NCBI GenBank assembly: GCA_963771465.1
Contig: CAVYTU010000015.1
Coordinates: 256,001-320,000, forward strand
Origin: an uncultured delta proteobacterium
GTDB lineage: Bacteria; Desulfobacterota; Binatia; UBA9968
Direction of reading: 5' to 3'
Length of the DNA: 64,000 bases
Numbering within the stretch: the stretch's first letter is position 1; the number at the start of each line of letters is the position of its first letter. This document shows positions 18,298-27,749 of the stretch, piece after piece. The translations under genes and the position numbers were made by a program. Below the pieces are notes generated by a model that did not search any database, was not told where the DNA came from, and saw only the letters and a list, made by a program, of their open reading frames with translations.

Positions 18298-19218
18298 TTA
18301 ACTCACCATCTCGGGCGAAGCGCGCAGCAACGCATCGATGCTGAACTGGCGGTTTTCCACCTGCTCGCGCAGATGGTGCAGGTCCTCGCGATATTTGAAT
18401 ACACAGCCCATGGTTTCGACCACCGAACGATCATCCAACTGTTTGCGGTTGAGAGCGATCAGAGCCGACGCCCAGTCAAGAGTCTCGGCGACACCTGGCC
18501 GTTTGTAGAAATTCATCTCGCGCACTTTTTGCATGAAAGCGCAGATCTGCTGCGCCATCTTGCTTTCCACTTCGGGAAATTTGGTCGTGATGATCTCATA
18601 TTCCTTGTCGAAGGTCGGATATTCGATCCAATGATACAGACAGCGGCGCTTGAGCGCGTCGTGAATTTCCCGGGTCCGGTTGGAAGTCAAAAACACGTAG
18701 GGACGATGCTTCGCCGCGATCGTGCCGAGCTCGGGAATGGTGATTTGAAAGTCGGACAGCACTTCGAGCAAAAACGCTTCGAACTCCATATCGGCGCGGT
18801 CGATTTCGTCGATCAGCAGCACCGGCGGATTGGCGTCCTCGCTTTGGATCGCATCGAGCAAGGGCCTTTTGACTAGGTAATCCTGGGTAAAAATTTCGGT
18901 CTCGACTTGCTTCTTGTCGCCATGCTCGATCTCTTCGAGCTTGATATGAAGCATCTGCTTGGGGTAGTTCCATTCGTAGAGCGCCGTGTTGGCGTCGAGT
19001 CCTTCGTAACATTGCAAGCGAATCAGCCTGGAGCCCAGCACTTTGGACAGCACTTTGGCGATCTCGGTTTTGCCGACACCCGCCTCGCCCTCGAGCAGGA
19101 GCGGCTTGCCCATCACCAGGGAAAGATAAACCACCGTCGCCAAGGCGCGGTCGCAGACATATTTTTCCTTTAGCAGTATTTCTTGAACTAGCTCGATGGT
19201 CAGTTGTTGTGGATTCAC
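18298..19218 (-). CDS. coxD: CoxD-like MoxR family AAA+ ATPase
   Basis: LEGEAGVGKTE, RLQCYEGLD, LYEWNY, LLIDEIDR, TSNRTRE and LKRRCLY motifs. Confidence 0.92.
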   Translation of the reverse strand: MNPQQLTIELVQEILLKEKYVCDRALATVVYLSLVMGKPLLLEGEAGVGKTEIAKVLSKVLGSRLIRLQCYEGLDANTALYEWNYPKQMLHIKLEEIEHGDKKQVETEIFTQDYLVKRPLLDAIQSEDANPPVLLIDEIDRADMEFEAFLLEVLSDFQITIPELGTIAAKHRPYVFLTSNRTREIHDALKRRCLYHWIEYPTFDKEYEIITTKFPEVESKMAQQICAFMQKVREMNFYKRPGVAETLDWASALIALNRKQLDDRSVVETMGCVFKYREDLHHLREQVENRQFSIDALLRASPEMVS

Positions 19219-19508
19219 GCTCGCCTCACTGGTTAATTGACTCGCTCGCTGGTCCCCTGGCAGGATTTTTCAGCCTCTGAATGAGGGAAAATCGCCTCGA
19301 CAACCCCTCCGCCAATGGTCCTAACCTTGCCCGAAATCGTGTCACAATACTCCGTTTCAAACCCCGGATCAACGCGCTAACCTTCACGCCGGCGCCGATC
19401 CTAATACCGCTGAGATGCGCCGTTCTCCTCGCCATCTCGCCGCCGTCCGTGGGATTCGCTATCATCGTCTGCCCTACTCAATAACATCATAACAAAGCAG
19501 ATCGAGTT

Positions 19509-19542
19509 AACAAAACGGCCGCGCGCGAAGAAACGCGGGCCG
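19509..19542 (-). terminator. Putative intrinsic terminator after the secretin gene
   Basis: GC-rich stem CGGCC(G)CGCG/CGCGGGCCG followed by TTTTGTT on the minus strand. Confidence 0.4.
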
Positions 19543-19617
19543 AGCCAGGTGAAGTCTACAGCGGAATCTGAACGAGGTTTTTGAAAATGCCGGAACTAAC
19601 GCGGGATCATTGGGCGA

Positions 19618-21396
19618 CTAGTTAAGCGCGACGTAAGCCCGTTGAAATTGCCGGTTGGCGGCTAAAGCTTTTTGCAATTCGCTGGCGTCACGGTGATTTT
19701 CGAACCGGCCAATCCGGACTCGATGCCAGATCTTTCCCTCTCCTTGAAAGGTCATTACATAAGCTTGGTAACCAGTTCTGCGCAGCTGGTCGGCGACCGA
19801 CTCCGCCAACTTGTTTTCCGCCAAGGCCGCCACTTGCACCGCCCAAATTCGATTCTGTTTTGGTTGCGTTGGCGGCGGCTTGGGTTGATTGGCAACTCTG
19901 CGAATCGGTCCGACGGGCACCGGCGCGAAGGACAGGGCGTAGAGTGGCTGCGCCGGCGATTGCCCTTCGCTAGGAGGTTCGGGATTTTGATCACGCCCGA
20001 GTTGACCATAGCTACGATTTTCGCCAACTCTGAGACTCTGGGTTTCCAGCCGTTGGCGCAGCAAGTCACCGTTTATTTCGCCCGCTACCAGACCGTAATT
20101 GGTAAATGCGTTCACGTACCCCGGTGCCGGCGCCAGCGACGCACCACGGTCAGGGACCACGGCGCTAGGCGCAGGCTGCGGTGGTATTGGCGGCACCAAG
20201 TCGGGATTAGGCATTGGCGGCGGCTCGACCGCAGATCGTTTGGGCTGCGATTTGGCGCGCTCGCGGGCCTCGCGCTCGAGCTCGTTGCGCAGGTTGGCCA
20301 GGCTATTTTTGAATTCTTCCGACACGTTCCGCGCTTCGTCGCGGCCGCGAATCACTCGCGGACTAATCATCATGATCAATTCGGTGCGTTCGCTGGTGTC
20401 GGTGGTCGTGCGAAAGAATCGACCGATCACCGGAATATCCATGAGATAGGGAACTCCCGAACGCGTCTGGTTCTTACCGTCGGTAATGATACCGCCGATA
20501 ACCAGCGTATCACCGTCTTGCACCACCGCGGTGGTTTCGGCTATACGACTATCGAAGGCGGGGAACGTATCCTGCCCCACTTCGACATTTTTCTCACGTC
20601 TTTGACTCACTTCGGCGAGGATCTGTAGATTGACCAATCCCTGAGAATTAACCTGCGGAATGATCGTCACGATTCGACCGGTATTGCGATATTGGATGCT
20701 GGTGCTGTTAGCGACCCCGCCAACGGCCTGTGAAATCGTGCCGGTGGCAATCGGCTCCTCAGTGCCTACTTGAATGCGCGCGGGCCGGTTGTCCGTGGCT
20801 AAGATCGACGGCGTCGACAGCACCCGGAAGCGCGCATCCGACTGCAAGGCATTGATGAATGCTCTGATGTCCTTGCCGCCAAAAATGCCGCTGACACCGC
20901 CGCCGAACGTATTGTTGGTTGGAAATAGCTCGCCGAGCGTTCGGATGGCGCCGGCTGAGCCAAATTTTTGACCAAAGATGCTACTGGGAAAATTTTTCGC
21001 TATCTCGTAATCGACGCCGAGCGACTGATTATCCGAAAGCGTCACCTCGGCCACCATCACATCGAGCAGCACCTGACGCGGAATGGCGTCGAGGTCTTTG
21101 AGAATATTTTTTATGTTCTGGAATTCCTGTGCCGTCCCGTAGACGATCAACGAATTGGTCGCCGGGTCGGCGACGATGCGCAATTGCTCTTGCTGCTGCG
21201 CCGGTTGCGTTTGACCTGCTGGCCGGGCCACGCCCGGAGCCTGCGGCTGCGCCGGCTGCGGCGCGACGATCGCCGGCGGCTGGACTTGACCGGGCACGGG
21301 CACGGTGGCGAAAGCGCCGCTGGGATTTTGAATTTGCGCTTCAGCTAAAGCCGCGCCACCGAACCAAATAACCATCACTGCGGTGCAAATTTTCAT
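19618..21396 (-). CDS. gspD: Type II secretion secretin, C-terminal subunit (second half of N3, secretin core, Pro-rich linker, SPOR domain) with its own signal peptide
   Basis: MKICTAVMVIWFGGAALAEA signal peptide; RIVADPATNSLIV..LD..PRQVLL, VLSTP, DGDTLVIGG, GVPYLMDIPVIGRFF and RTEL motifs; WAVQVAA...WHRVRIGRF SPOR domain. Confidence 0.9.
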   Translation of the reverse strand: MKICTAVMVIWFGGAALAEAQIQNPSGAFATVPVPGQVQPPAIVAPQPAQPQAPGVARPAGQTQPAQQQEQLRIVADPATNSLIVYGTAQEFQNIKNILKDLDAIPRQVLLDVMVAEVTLSDNQSLGVDYEIAKNFPSSIFGQKFGSAGAIRTLGELFPTNNTFGGGVSGIFGGKDIRAFINALQSDARFRVLSTPSILATDNRPARIQVGTEEPIATGTISQAVGGVANSTSIQYRNTGRIVTIIPQVNSQGLVNLQILAEVSQRREKNVEVGQDTFPAFDSRIAETTAVVQDGDTLVIGGIITDGKNQTRSGVPYLMDIPVIGRFFRTTTDTSERTELIMMISPRVIRGRDEARNVSEEFKNSLANLRNELEREARERAKSQPKRSAVEPPPMPNPDLVPPIPPQPAPSAVVPDRGASLAPAPGYVNAFTNYGLVAGEINGDLLRQRLETQSLRVGENRSYGQLGRDQNPEPPSEGQSPAQPLYALSFAPVPVGPIRRVANQPKPPPTQPKQNRIWAVQVAALAENKLAESVADQLRRTGYQAYVMTFQGEGKIWHRVRIGRFENHRDASELQKALAANRQFQRAYVALN

Positions 21397-22748
21397 CGTA
21401 TCTGCCCCTGACCCTGATTGTATCCCGGACCGAACTGACCGCTTGTGCCGGATTGTCCTGAGCCGCCAAATTGGCCTGGGTTGCCAAATTGGCCGCCCCC
21501 AGTCCCAGCCGATGAGCGGTGTAAGTTCTGCAATGTTTGGTAGTTACTTCTTCCACCGCTCGAAGCCTGACCCAGCGCCTGATTGAGCACGTCGGCTAGA
21601 TCGGTCGCTTTGCCATTCTCCACGGGATAAATAAATATTCGCCGTCCCGGTCCCTGGGCGATCACATCGATGCGATCGAGCCAACGTTTAGTATACGTCC
21701 AAGCGGCTTCACTATGGCTGATCACCAAGAGCTGATTGATTCGCGGCAGCGGGATGAATTGCGCGGTAAAGGTATCGGTCTGCGGCGTTGACGCGGCAAA
21801 TGATTGCATCACTTTGGTCATTTCCACCGCCAGTTCCTCGGCGCTGGCAATCTTAGGCTGGTAGATCTCCATGCGCGTGCCGGCGAACACTTGGACGTCG
21901 ATCAAATCGGCGATTTCGACCAGCCGCTGAATATTCGCCGGAATGTCCATGACCACGAGAAAGTTTCCGCGCGGGTTATCGATAATCTCGGCGCCCGGCT
22001 GAAGAAATGGGGTCAGCACTTTTTTCATCTCTGATACTGAGAAAAATCGCACCGGGATGATTTGCAGGGCAAAGCTGTCTTCGCGGTTTTGTCCCACCGG
22101 CCGGGCCAAGCCTTTGCCGTCCTTGATCGGCATAATGTGATAGAGGTTGCCGGTGCGCACCGCCACCGCGCCGTTCATACGTAACAGCTGATGAAATATC
22201 GGCAATAGATCTTCTGCGCGTAACGGTTCAGCGCTGTTGATCGTGACCGTGCCTTTGACCTCGGGATCAATAGTGTAAGTGAGTCGAAGCTGCTGCGCGA
22301 TGATATGGATGATTTCAACCAAATCCGCGCGATTAAAATTGAGCGAAACCATCCCGCCTGAAGGAATCGACGGTGGCTGGGACAAACGTCGCGGCGGCAA
22401 GGGCGGCTGGGGTGCCGTTGGCGGCGCAGCTCTCTCTGCCGCGCCGGGTAGCGGTTGCAGTAGCTGAGGAGGATCAGGTTGCGGCGCCGCAACTGGCGTC
22501 GGTGTCTGGGCTTGCGTCGTACCTGGCTGCGACCCTAGAAACCCTGGAGGTTGCGTCGGAGCGGGAATACGCCGCGGAATGACCGGGGTGCGCCCGACCG
22601 GGGGAGTTGTTGAATCACTCGGCGGCGCGGGCTGAGATGCACTTGGATTAGATTGCGCTGGCGCCGGGGATTGCTGCGCCGTCAACGGAGTGATCGACGT
22701 CAATACGTAAGCCGCGGCAGCACAGCTCATTAGCCATTTTTCCGACAT
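21393..22748 (-). CDS. gspD: Type II secretion secretin, N-terminal subunit (N0, N1, N2 and first half of N3)
   Basis: Signal peptide and Pro-rich leader; SLNFNRADL...IDPEVKGTVTI (N0); IIPVRF (N1); N2; IYPVENGKATDLADVL then Gly/Ser/Gln tail and stop. Confidence 0.88.
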   Translation of the reverse strand: MSEKWLMSCAAAAYVLTSITPLTAQQSPAPAQSNPSASQPAPPSDSTTPPVGRTPVIPRRIPAPTQPPGFLGSQPGTTQAQTPTPVAAPQPDPPQLLQPLPGAAERAAPPTAPQPPLPPRRLSQPPSIPSGGMVSLNFNRADLVEIIHIIAQQLRLTYTIDPEVKGTVTINSAEPLRAEDLLPIFHQLLRMNGAVAVRTGNLYHIMPIKDGKGLARPVGQNREDSFALQIIPVRFFSVSEMKKVLTPFLQPGAEIIDNPRGNFLVVMDIPANIQRLVEIADLIDVQVFAGTRMEIYQPKIASAEELAVEMTKVMQSFAASTPQTDTFTAQFIPLPRINQLLVISHSEAAWTYTKRWLDRIDVIAQGPGRRIFIYPVENGKATDLADVLNQALGQASSGGRSNYQTLQNLHRSSAGTGGGQFGNPGQFGGSGQSGTSGQFGPGYNQGQGQIR

Positions 22749-22764
22749 CTATGCATCCTCCACC

Positions 22765-23418
22765 TCATGAATCAGAACTAGGGCTTCCCGGCACCGGAAT
22801 TCGACCGCGTCGCGGCAGATTGGGGAGAACCCGGGGGACCGGTGCCACAGTCGGCGGCGCCGGTACTTGACCGGGAATGGCTGCTGGCCCCGGTGGTAAT
22901 TGACCAGGAGCGGCAACCCGCGGCGGCGCCGTTTCAACTTTGCGAAAATAATCCAACAAGACCTCGACCCGCGCCGCATCCTTGGAGAACACCACGCGCC
23001 TGTCGGCGATCTCCGCCAATCTAAACCCTTCTAAATTGTCGCCAACTTTGAGCCGCATCACTGAAGCGGGCTGGCTGGGAAGGCGCGGCGTGCCGCTGGA
23101 CACCGGTCCATCTTGCAAAATGGCAACGCGATCGTTGCCGACGATAACTGTGCCCACTAAAATCATGCCGCGCACCCGTTGAAACGCGCGCGAGCTTTCT
23201 TCCGCCTCGCGCGTCGCGCTGGCGCCCCGTTCGGGATCGAATAGGTTTTTACTGACGATCATATCCGTATTCACCGGCGGTTTAGCTGCCGTGGCTGGCG
23301 ATTTTTCGGTGCTGCCAGCGAGATCGCGCCGCTTCGATCCAGTGGGTAGGTCCCAGGGGCCTTCATGCCACGAGCGATAAGCGCTCCATGCGAGCAAGCC
23401 GATGGCAACAACAAACAA
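22765..23418 (-). CDS. GspC-like inner-membrane T2SS component (no PDZ domain; start uncertain)
   Basis: N-terminal TM; IVSKNLFDPER, LVGTVI and LKVGDNLEGFRLAEI HR-domain motifs; position just before gspD. Confidence 0.7.
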   Translation of the reverse strand: MFVVAIGLLAWSAYRSWHEGPWDLPTGSKRRDLAGSTEKSPATAAKPPVNTDMIVSKNLFDPERGASATREAEESSRAFQRVRGMILVGTVIVGNDRVAILQDGPVSSGTPRLPSQPASVMRLKVGDNLEGFRLAEIADRRVVFSKDAARVEVLLDYFRKVETAPPRVAAPGQLPPGPAAIPGQVPAPPTVAPVPRVLPNLPRRGRIPVPGSPSSDS

Positions 23419-23496
23419 GACACTTACGAGTGATGATCGCCCGAGAATAAAACTTCTCCGTCAACCCATTCCAACTGCACTCAATAAAACAGGCTC

Positions 23497-23525
23497 AACT
23501 TACTATCTCGATGATGGACCGTCAA
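23497..23525 (-). promoter_or_regulatory. Putative sigma70 promoter for gspC-gspD
   Basis: TTGACG-N17-TAAGTT in an AT-rich intergenic gap. Confidence 0.35.
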
Positions 23526-23618
23526 ATTAGTGCGGAAATCATACAGTTTCGCTTCAAGTTTAGAAATAATATTTGTGAACGGCGAGCATAACAGCATTAA
23601 CGTCAGCCCCCTCGCAGT

Positions 23619-24287
23619 CTAGACCGGCTTCTCGTCGGCCGCCTTTGCCGGCTTGCCGGAATTGCTGCTCGGCGCAGCCACCGCTGGCTGCACCCGCGCA
23701 AAACCGGTTACGGTTAGGCTGATCCGTAAGTTCTGAGTGTTGACCTGAGGCACGCCTTGGGGCTGGGGAAAACCCAGCGGCCGAAATAATGAACGGACGT
23801 TGACCTCATCGATGACCAACAGTTTCGGTGCGGTCTCGATGCCGCGTATCAGATTAGCCACCTGCTGGATCTGGCCGCCGATCTCGAGCTGAATGCCAAT
23901 TTTAGAAAACGAGCCGGCCGGTTCGGGATTGAGCACACGCGTGGTAATCACCTGCGTCCCCTCCCGCGTTGCCAGCGCCTGAACCGTCTCTTGTAAATCG
24001 GAGGCGCTCACCGACGGCGTATCGCCGGTGAGCAAGCGCGGCTCCTGCGCCTTGATCTGACCACGCGCCGCTTCCAACGACCCCAACAACGCTTCTTTTT
24101 GGCCGAGGTAGCGGAGGTTTTTCTGCAACAATTGGGGTTGGCTCTCGAGCTGACTCTTGACCCATTCGCGGCGCTCGAGGAACGGCGTCACTGCGGCGTA
24201 CTTGCCGACGAACACGACAACAATCAGCAAGGTCAAGACAACTAAGCCGCGCTCGCGCTTGGACAGTCTCTGCCAGAACTTGCTCAT
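23619..24287 (-). CDS. gspM: T2SS protein GspM
   Basis: WQRLSKRER plus TM segment; IETAPKLLVIDE; ATGA overlap with gspL. Confidence 0.82.
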   Translation of the reverse strand: MSKFWQRLSKRERGLVVLTLLIVVVFVGKYAAVTPFLERREWVKSQLESQPQLLQKNLRYLGQKEALLGSLEAARGQIKAQEPRLLTGDTPSVSASDLQETVQALATREGTQVITTRVLNPEPAGSFSKIGIQLEIGGQIQQVANLIRGIETAPKLLVIDEVNVRSLFRPLGFPQPQGVPQVNTQNLRISLTVTGFARVQPAVAAPSSNSGKPAKAADEKPV

Positions 24288-25870
24288 GATTTGCTCTTGG
24301 TATCCTTCGCCGGTTCTTTGATCGGTTCCTTAGACGGTGCGCGGGCTGGTTCCTTGACCGCTTCTTTGACCGGCTCTTTGGTTTTTTCCAGCTCAGCCTT
24401 AAGCGAGAAGGTCTCGCGATTATCCCGGCCACGATTCGACGGCGCGTTAAATCCGACATTTTCAAATAAACTCGAACGCTCCAGGACTGGAATCAGCGCT
24501 GATGCGTTCTCGGCATTGCCTTGCACTTCGAGCACACCGGCGCGGTAGCGCAGGTTGGAAAAATAGGCGTTGCTCGGCACCACTTTGGACAATTCATCGA
24601 GGATACGCAGGACCTCGCCGCGACGCTGCTCGAAGCCGGTCAGAAAACCGGCTTCCTTACGCAACTGCTGCATTTGGTTCTCTTCTCTGCGCAGCGCTTC
24701 GATCGACGGTTCGAGTTTCTGGTTTTCCCGTTGCAGCTGGCGTAAGCGCAGCTCGTCCTTTACCGGAAAACTGACGCCCCAAGCAACCAGGCACAGCACG
24801 AACAGCCCGCACAGCACGCTATTGAGCATGGAGAGCGTCCGGTTGGCGCCATTAACACCGCCTTCGGGCCGTAAAAAGTTTGCCGCTAACGATGCTTCGC
24901 GGACGCCGCGCAGCGCCGCGCCGATGGCCGGCAAAGCCTCAACTTGATTAATTTGTCGGCCCGTTTTGAGCCGCGTCGCACCGCCGGCGACCAAATCCTC
25001 GGCCTGTGCCAACCGAGCATCAACTGCGCCATTCAAAGCCGTCAGTTCACCGCAACGAAAAACCTTCGGCACTTGACTTAAACATTCCTGCAACAACTCT
25101 TTGCCGCTGCCCTGGGCCCAGCCGTAGGCGGAGAATTGATGGGAGAAGAGCAGCTGGGGTGCGGGCTTCCAGCCGTTGGCTTTGGCACTGACGGCGATCA
25201 ATTCCCAATTCGAACGATGCGCGGCGACCAGTGCCGCGCTCTCGCCGCCGGCACCATTGGCAAAAAGCAAATAATTGGCCAGCGCCGACACCGTGGTCTC
25301 GACACCGCTTGGCTTAATTCCAAACGACTCGAGCAATGTCAGCAATCCGTCGAGAGCTTTCTTCGGCGTCGCAAATACATAAACGCAAAACTTCTCGCCT
25401 TTTTTACCGACGGGGAGAAAGTCGTAATAAATCTCGTCGCGTTTAAATGGCAACTGCCGTTCGATCTCGTATTCGAGCACCTGCTTGAGATTCTCTGCTG
25501 CCGCCAGCGGTAAAAATACCTGCTGCACGATGGTCTGCTCTTGCGGCACACAAACATAGACCGCATCCCGCGCCGGGTTAAAATGGGGTAAGAGCGAAAC
25601 CATCGCTTGGCGCAGCGCTCGGTCGCGCGAATCGTGTTCGGCCTTGAGTGCAATCTCTTTGACATCCTCGGCGACCCAACCGGTGAGCTCGGATATCGCT
25701 TGGCGATGATCGCCTTCAGGCAGTTCGCGATCTTCCAACTCGAGCATGGATAAACTGAGAAAGCTTTTTCGCAGCCGCACCATGACGACACGGTCGGTCA
25801 AAAAATAAAGCCCGACGCTGCGCAAGAAGTCGGCGCGGGTAAGATCTTGCAGTCGGTTGAGAGCGTTCAT
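24284..25870 (-). CDS. gspL: T2SS protein GspL (PilM-like/PilN domain fusion)
   Basis: LPLAAAENL..VLEYEIER.LPF...IYYD; TM; coiled coil; LDELSKVVP...LE.SSLFENV PilN domain. Confidence 0.82.
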   Translation of the reverse strand: MNALNRLQDLTRADFLRSVGLYFLTDRVVMVRLRKSFLSLSMLELEDRELPEGDHRQAISELTGWVAEDVKEIALKAEHDSRDRALRQAMVSLLPHFNPARDAVYVCVPQEQTIVQQVFLPLAAAENLKQVLEYEIERQLPFKRDEIYYDFLPVGKKGEKFCVYVFATPKKALDGLLTLLESFGIKPSGVETTVSALANYLLFANGAGGESAALVAAHRSNWELIAVSAKANGWKPAPQLLFSHQFSAYGWAQGSGKELLQECLSQVPKVFRCGELTALNGAVDARLAQAEDLVAGGATRLKTGRQINQVEALPAIGAALRGVREASLAANFLRPEGGVNGANRTLSMLNSVLCGLFVLCLVAWGVSFPVKDELRLRQLQRENQKLEPSIEALRREENQMQQLRKEAGFLTGFEQRRGEVLRILDELSKVVPSNAYFSNLRYRAGVLEVQGNAENASALIPVLERSSLFENVGFNAPSNRGRDNRETFSLKAELEKTKEPVKEAVKEPARAPSKEPIKEPAKDTKSKS

Positions 25871-25932
25871 TCTATTTCAGAAGTAGCTGGCGCGGCACAT
25901 CGCCAGAACTTGGCGCCATTGTAGCTTATGAT

Positions 25933-26952
25933 CTAGCTTTTCGGTAGCGTAAAGTCACGATCGAGCCATCGTAGGAGTTCATAGCCCTGAGCGCCGCCGA
26001 GCCGGACGACGCCTTTAATCCGGCGCGGCATGCGCGCGTCCGCCAATTTTCCCTCGGATTCGACCGCCACGACCGTCGGATTGGTAAAAATAAACAGCTG
26101 CAGGGCCGGATCGCCGGAACCGATACCAAGCAGCGGTAGCAAATCAGCCAGAGTTTTTTCCGACGACTTTTTCCGCTCTTCGATAAAACTCCGGCATTTT
26201 TCCAGCGGGATTCCCATCACCGCATGGATCACCTCCGCCGACGCCGTGCGCAGATTGACCCGGTCGATGGGACTGTCAACGGTAAAAATATCTTTGAGCG
26301 CGATGCGCGGCGTGTTTTGCTCAGTTGATTGGCTCGCCGGCGCATAGCCAAAAAACAACTCCGAGGTCATCCCCCTGATCCAAAGCAAATCTTCGACGCT
26401 GTCGAGCGGACCGTTCTTCGCGCTGTACGACGGTGACTGGATTGAATAGTACTCGTTCTCGGCGCCGTTGATGCGGTGTAAATCGTCCGGGTCGCGCCAA
26501 TCCATGATCGAATCGACGAGCATATCTCGGCGCTGATCGTCCAGGCCGAGATTAGTCAATATCCGCCTGAGCGCCTCTTCGTTCACTCGGTTGATATTGA
26601 TTTTGCCGCCCTCGTCGACCAAACGGACGCGAAAGACACCGGCGCCAAAGTTTTCCTCGCGCCAACCGCCGTCGAAGAGATCGCGCTTATTCGGGTCGGG
26701 GAGTTGCGGCGTGCCACCGGGTTGCTGCTGGAGAAAATCGTAAAGGCCGCGCTGGAAGCCGGCTAGTGCCAGGTAATACCCCTGAGTCTCATCGCTAAAC
26801 CGCTGCGCCGCGGTCGCTTCCTCGCGCACCGAGGTGCTAAAATCGAAGGCGACCACGAAGAGAAAAATAAATATCCATAGAACCACGATCAGCGCCACGC
26901 CGCGCTGGTCGCCAAGTCTGCCCCGCGGATTGAAAATTGCCGCGGCGTTCAT
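25933..26952 (-). CDS. gspK: T2SS minor pseudopilin GspK
   Basis: QRG|VALIVVLW, DEGGKININ, DSIMDWRDPD and GAENEYY motifs. Confidence 0.92.
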   Translation of the reverse strand: MNAAAIFNPRGRLGDQRGVALIVVLWIFIFLFVVAFDFSTSVREEATAAQRFSDETQGYYLALAGFQRGLYDFLQQQPGGTPQLPDPNKRDLFDGGWREENFGAGVFRVRLVDEGGKININRVNEEALRRILTNLGLDDQRRDMLVDSIMDWRDPDDLHRINGAENEYYSIQSPSYSAKNGPLDSVEDLLWIRGMTSELFFGYAPASQSTEQNTPRIALKDIFTVDSPIDRVNLRTASAEVIHAVMGIPLEKCRSFIEERKKSSEKTLADLLPLLGIGSGDPALQLFIFTNPTVVAVESEGKLADARMPRRIKGVVRLGGAQGYELLRWLDRDFTLPKS

Positions 26953-27749
26953 TGTGCCAGTACGCTCATCATCACGGGAAACGTCCAGCGCACCTCTTTG
27001 CCGCTATCGTTCAGATAGCTCAAGCGCACGGCGCGCGGCAAGATGCGCTTCTCTCTGCCATCCCATCGTTCTTGCCAATTCTCTTCTTCCGCCTGCGGGT
27101 CCAAGTAGGCTAAGCGGAACTCGCGAACGTTTTCCTGCATGACAACACTGTGACTCTGGCCCGACGAGTCGGCGTCAGAGTTTAGCCGCACCGGTGCGCT
27201 TTCCTCAAGCTTGAGCGCCGCCCGCCCGTCAGTCGCTTCGTCGACGACAATGCTGATTCGCGCCATGCCACGCCCACCCATCGCTTGCGAATAGGCCGAG
27301 ATAAACGTCAAGCTATCGATCTCGCCGTCAAAAAAAACGCTCTGATCTTGCGGCGAATCACGATATGGGAAGGTCGAACGAATGTAACTGCTGAGGAGAT
27401 CAGCGATGACGCGCTGTTTTTGATTGCGCGTGGAATTGGCATCCGATTTTGCCACCGCCGTATGGCTCAGCGAAAAGGCTCCGTAGAGAATCGCTCCCAT
27501 GAGCGCGAAGATCGATAGCGCCAGCACAACTTCGATGAGTGTAAAACCACCGGCTGCGGTCATCGATCGCGCGCCGCACCGGCGCCGATTATGCGGACCG
27601 CTAATCGCTGCGAAACCTAACCGAAGCCACTTCGCGGGCGGGGTATTGATCCCACCCTCGACCCAAGGGCATGCTCGTCCGCTTTGGAATCCCCATTTAA
27701 ATGGCTCCATGTTGCCAACAGCGTGGTCAACCAAATATTTAGGGCTCAC
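26949..27749 (-). CDS. gspJ: T2SS minor pseudopilin GspJ (alternative start at 27563)
   Basis: G|FTLIEVVLAL N-methylation site; WDGREKRILPRAVRL C-terminus. Confidence 0.85.
   Translation of the reverse strand: MSPKYLVDHAVGNMEPFKWGFQSGRACPWVEGGINTPPAKWLRLGFAAISGPHNRRRCGARSMTAAGGFTLIEVVLALSIFALMGAILYGAFSLSHTAVAKSDANSTRNQKQRVIADLLSSYIRSTFPYRDSPQDQSVFFDGEIDSLTFISAYSQAMGGRGMARISIVVDEATDGRAALKLEESAPVRLNSDADSSGQSHSVVMQENVREFRLAYLDPQAEEENWQERWDGREKRILPRAVRLSYLNDSGKEVRWTFPVMMSVLAQ

Noticed and set aside
19226-19500. Leader of the cofactor operon as an FMN or Moco riboswitch, or a 79-aa ORF
   Set aside because: No recognisable conserved riboswitch segments by eye and the ORF has no family features; an Rfam scan would be needed
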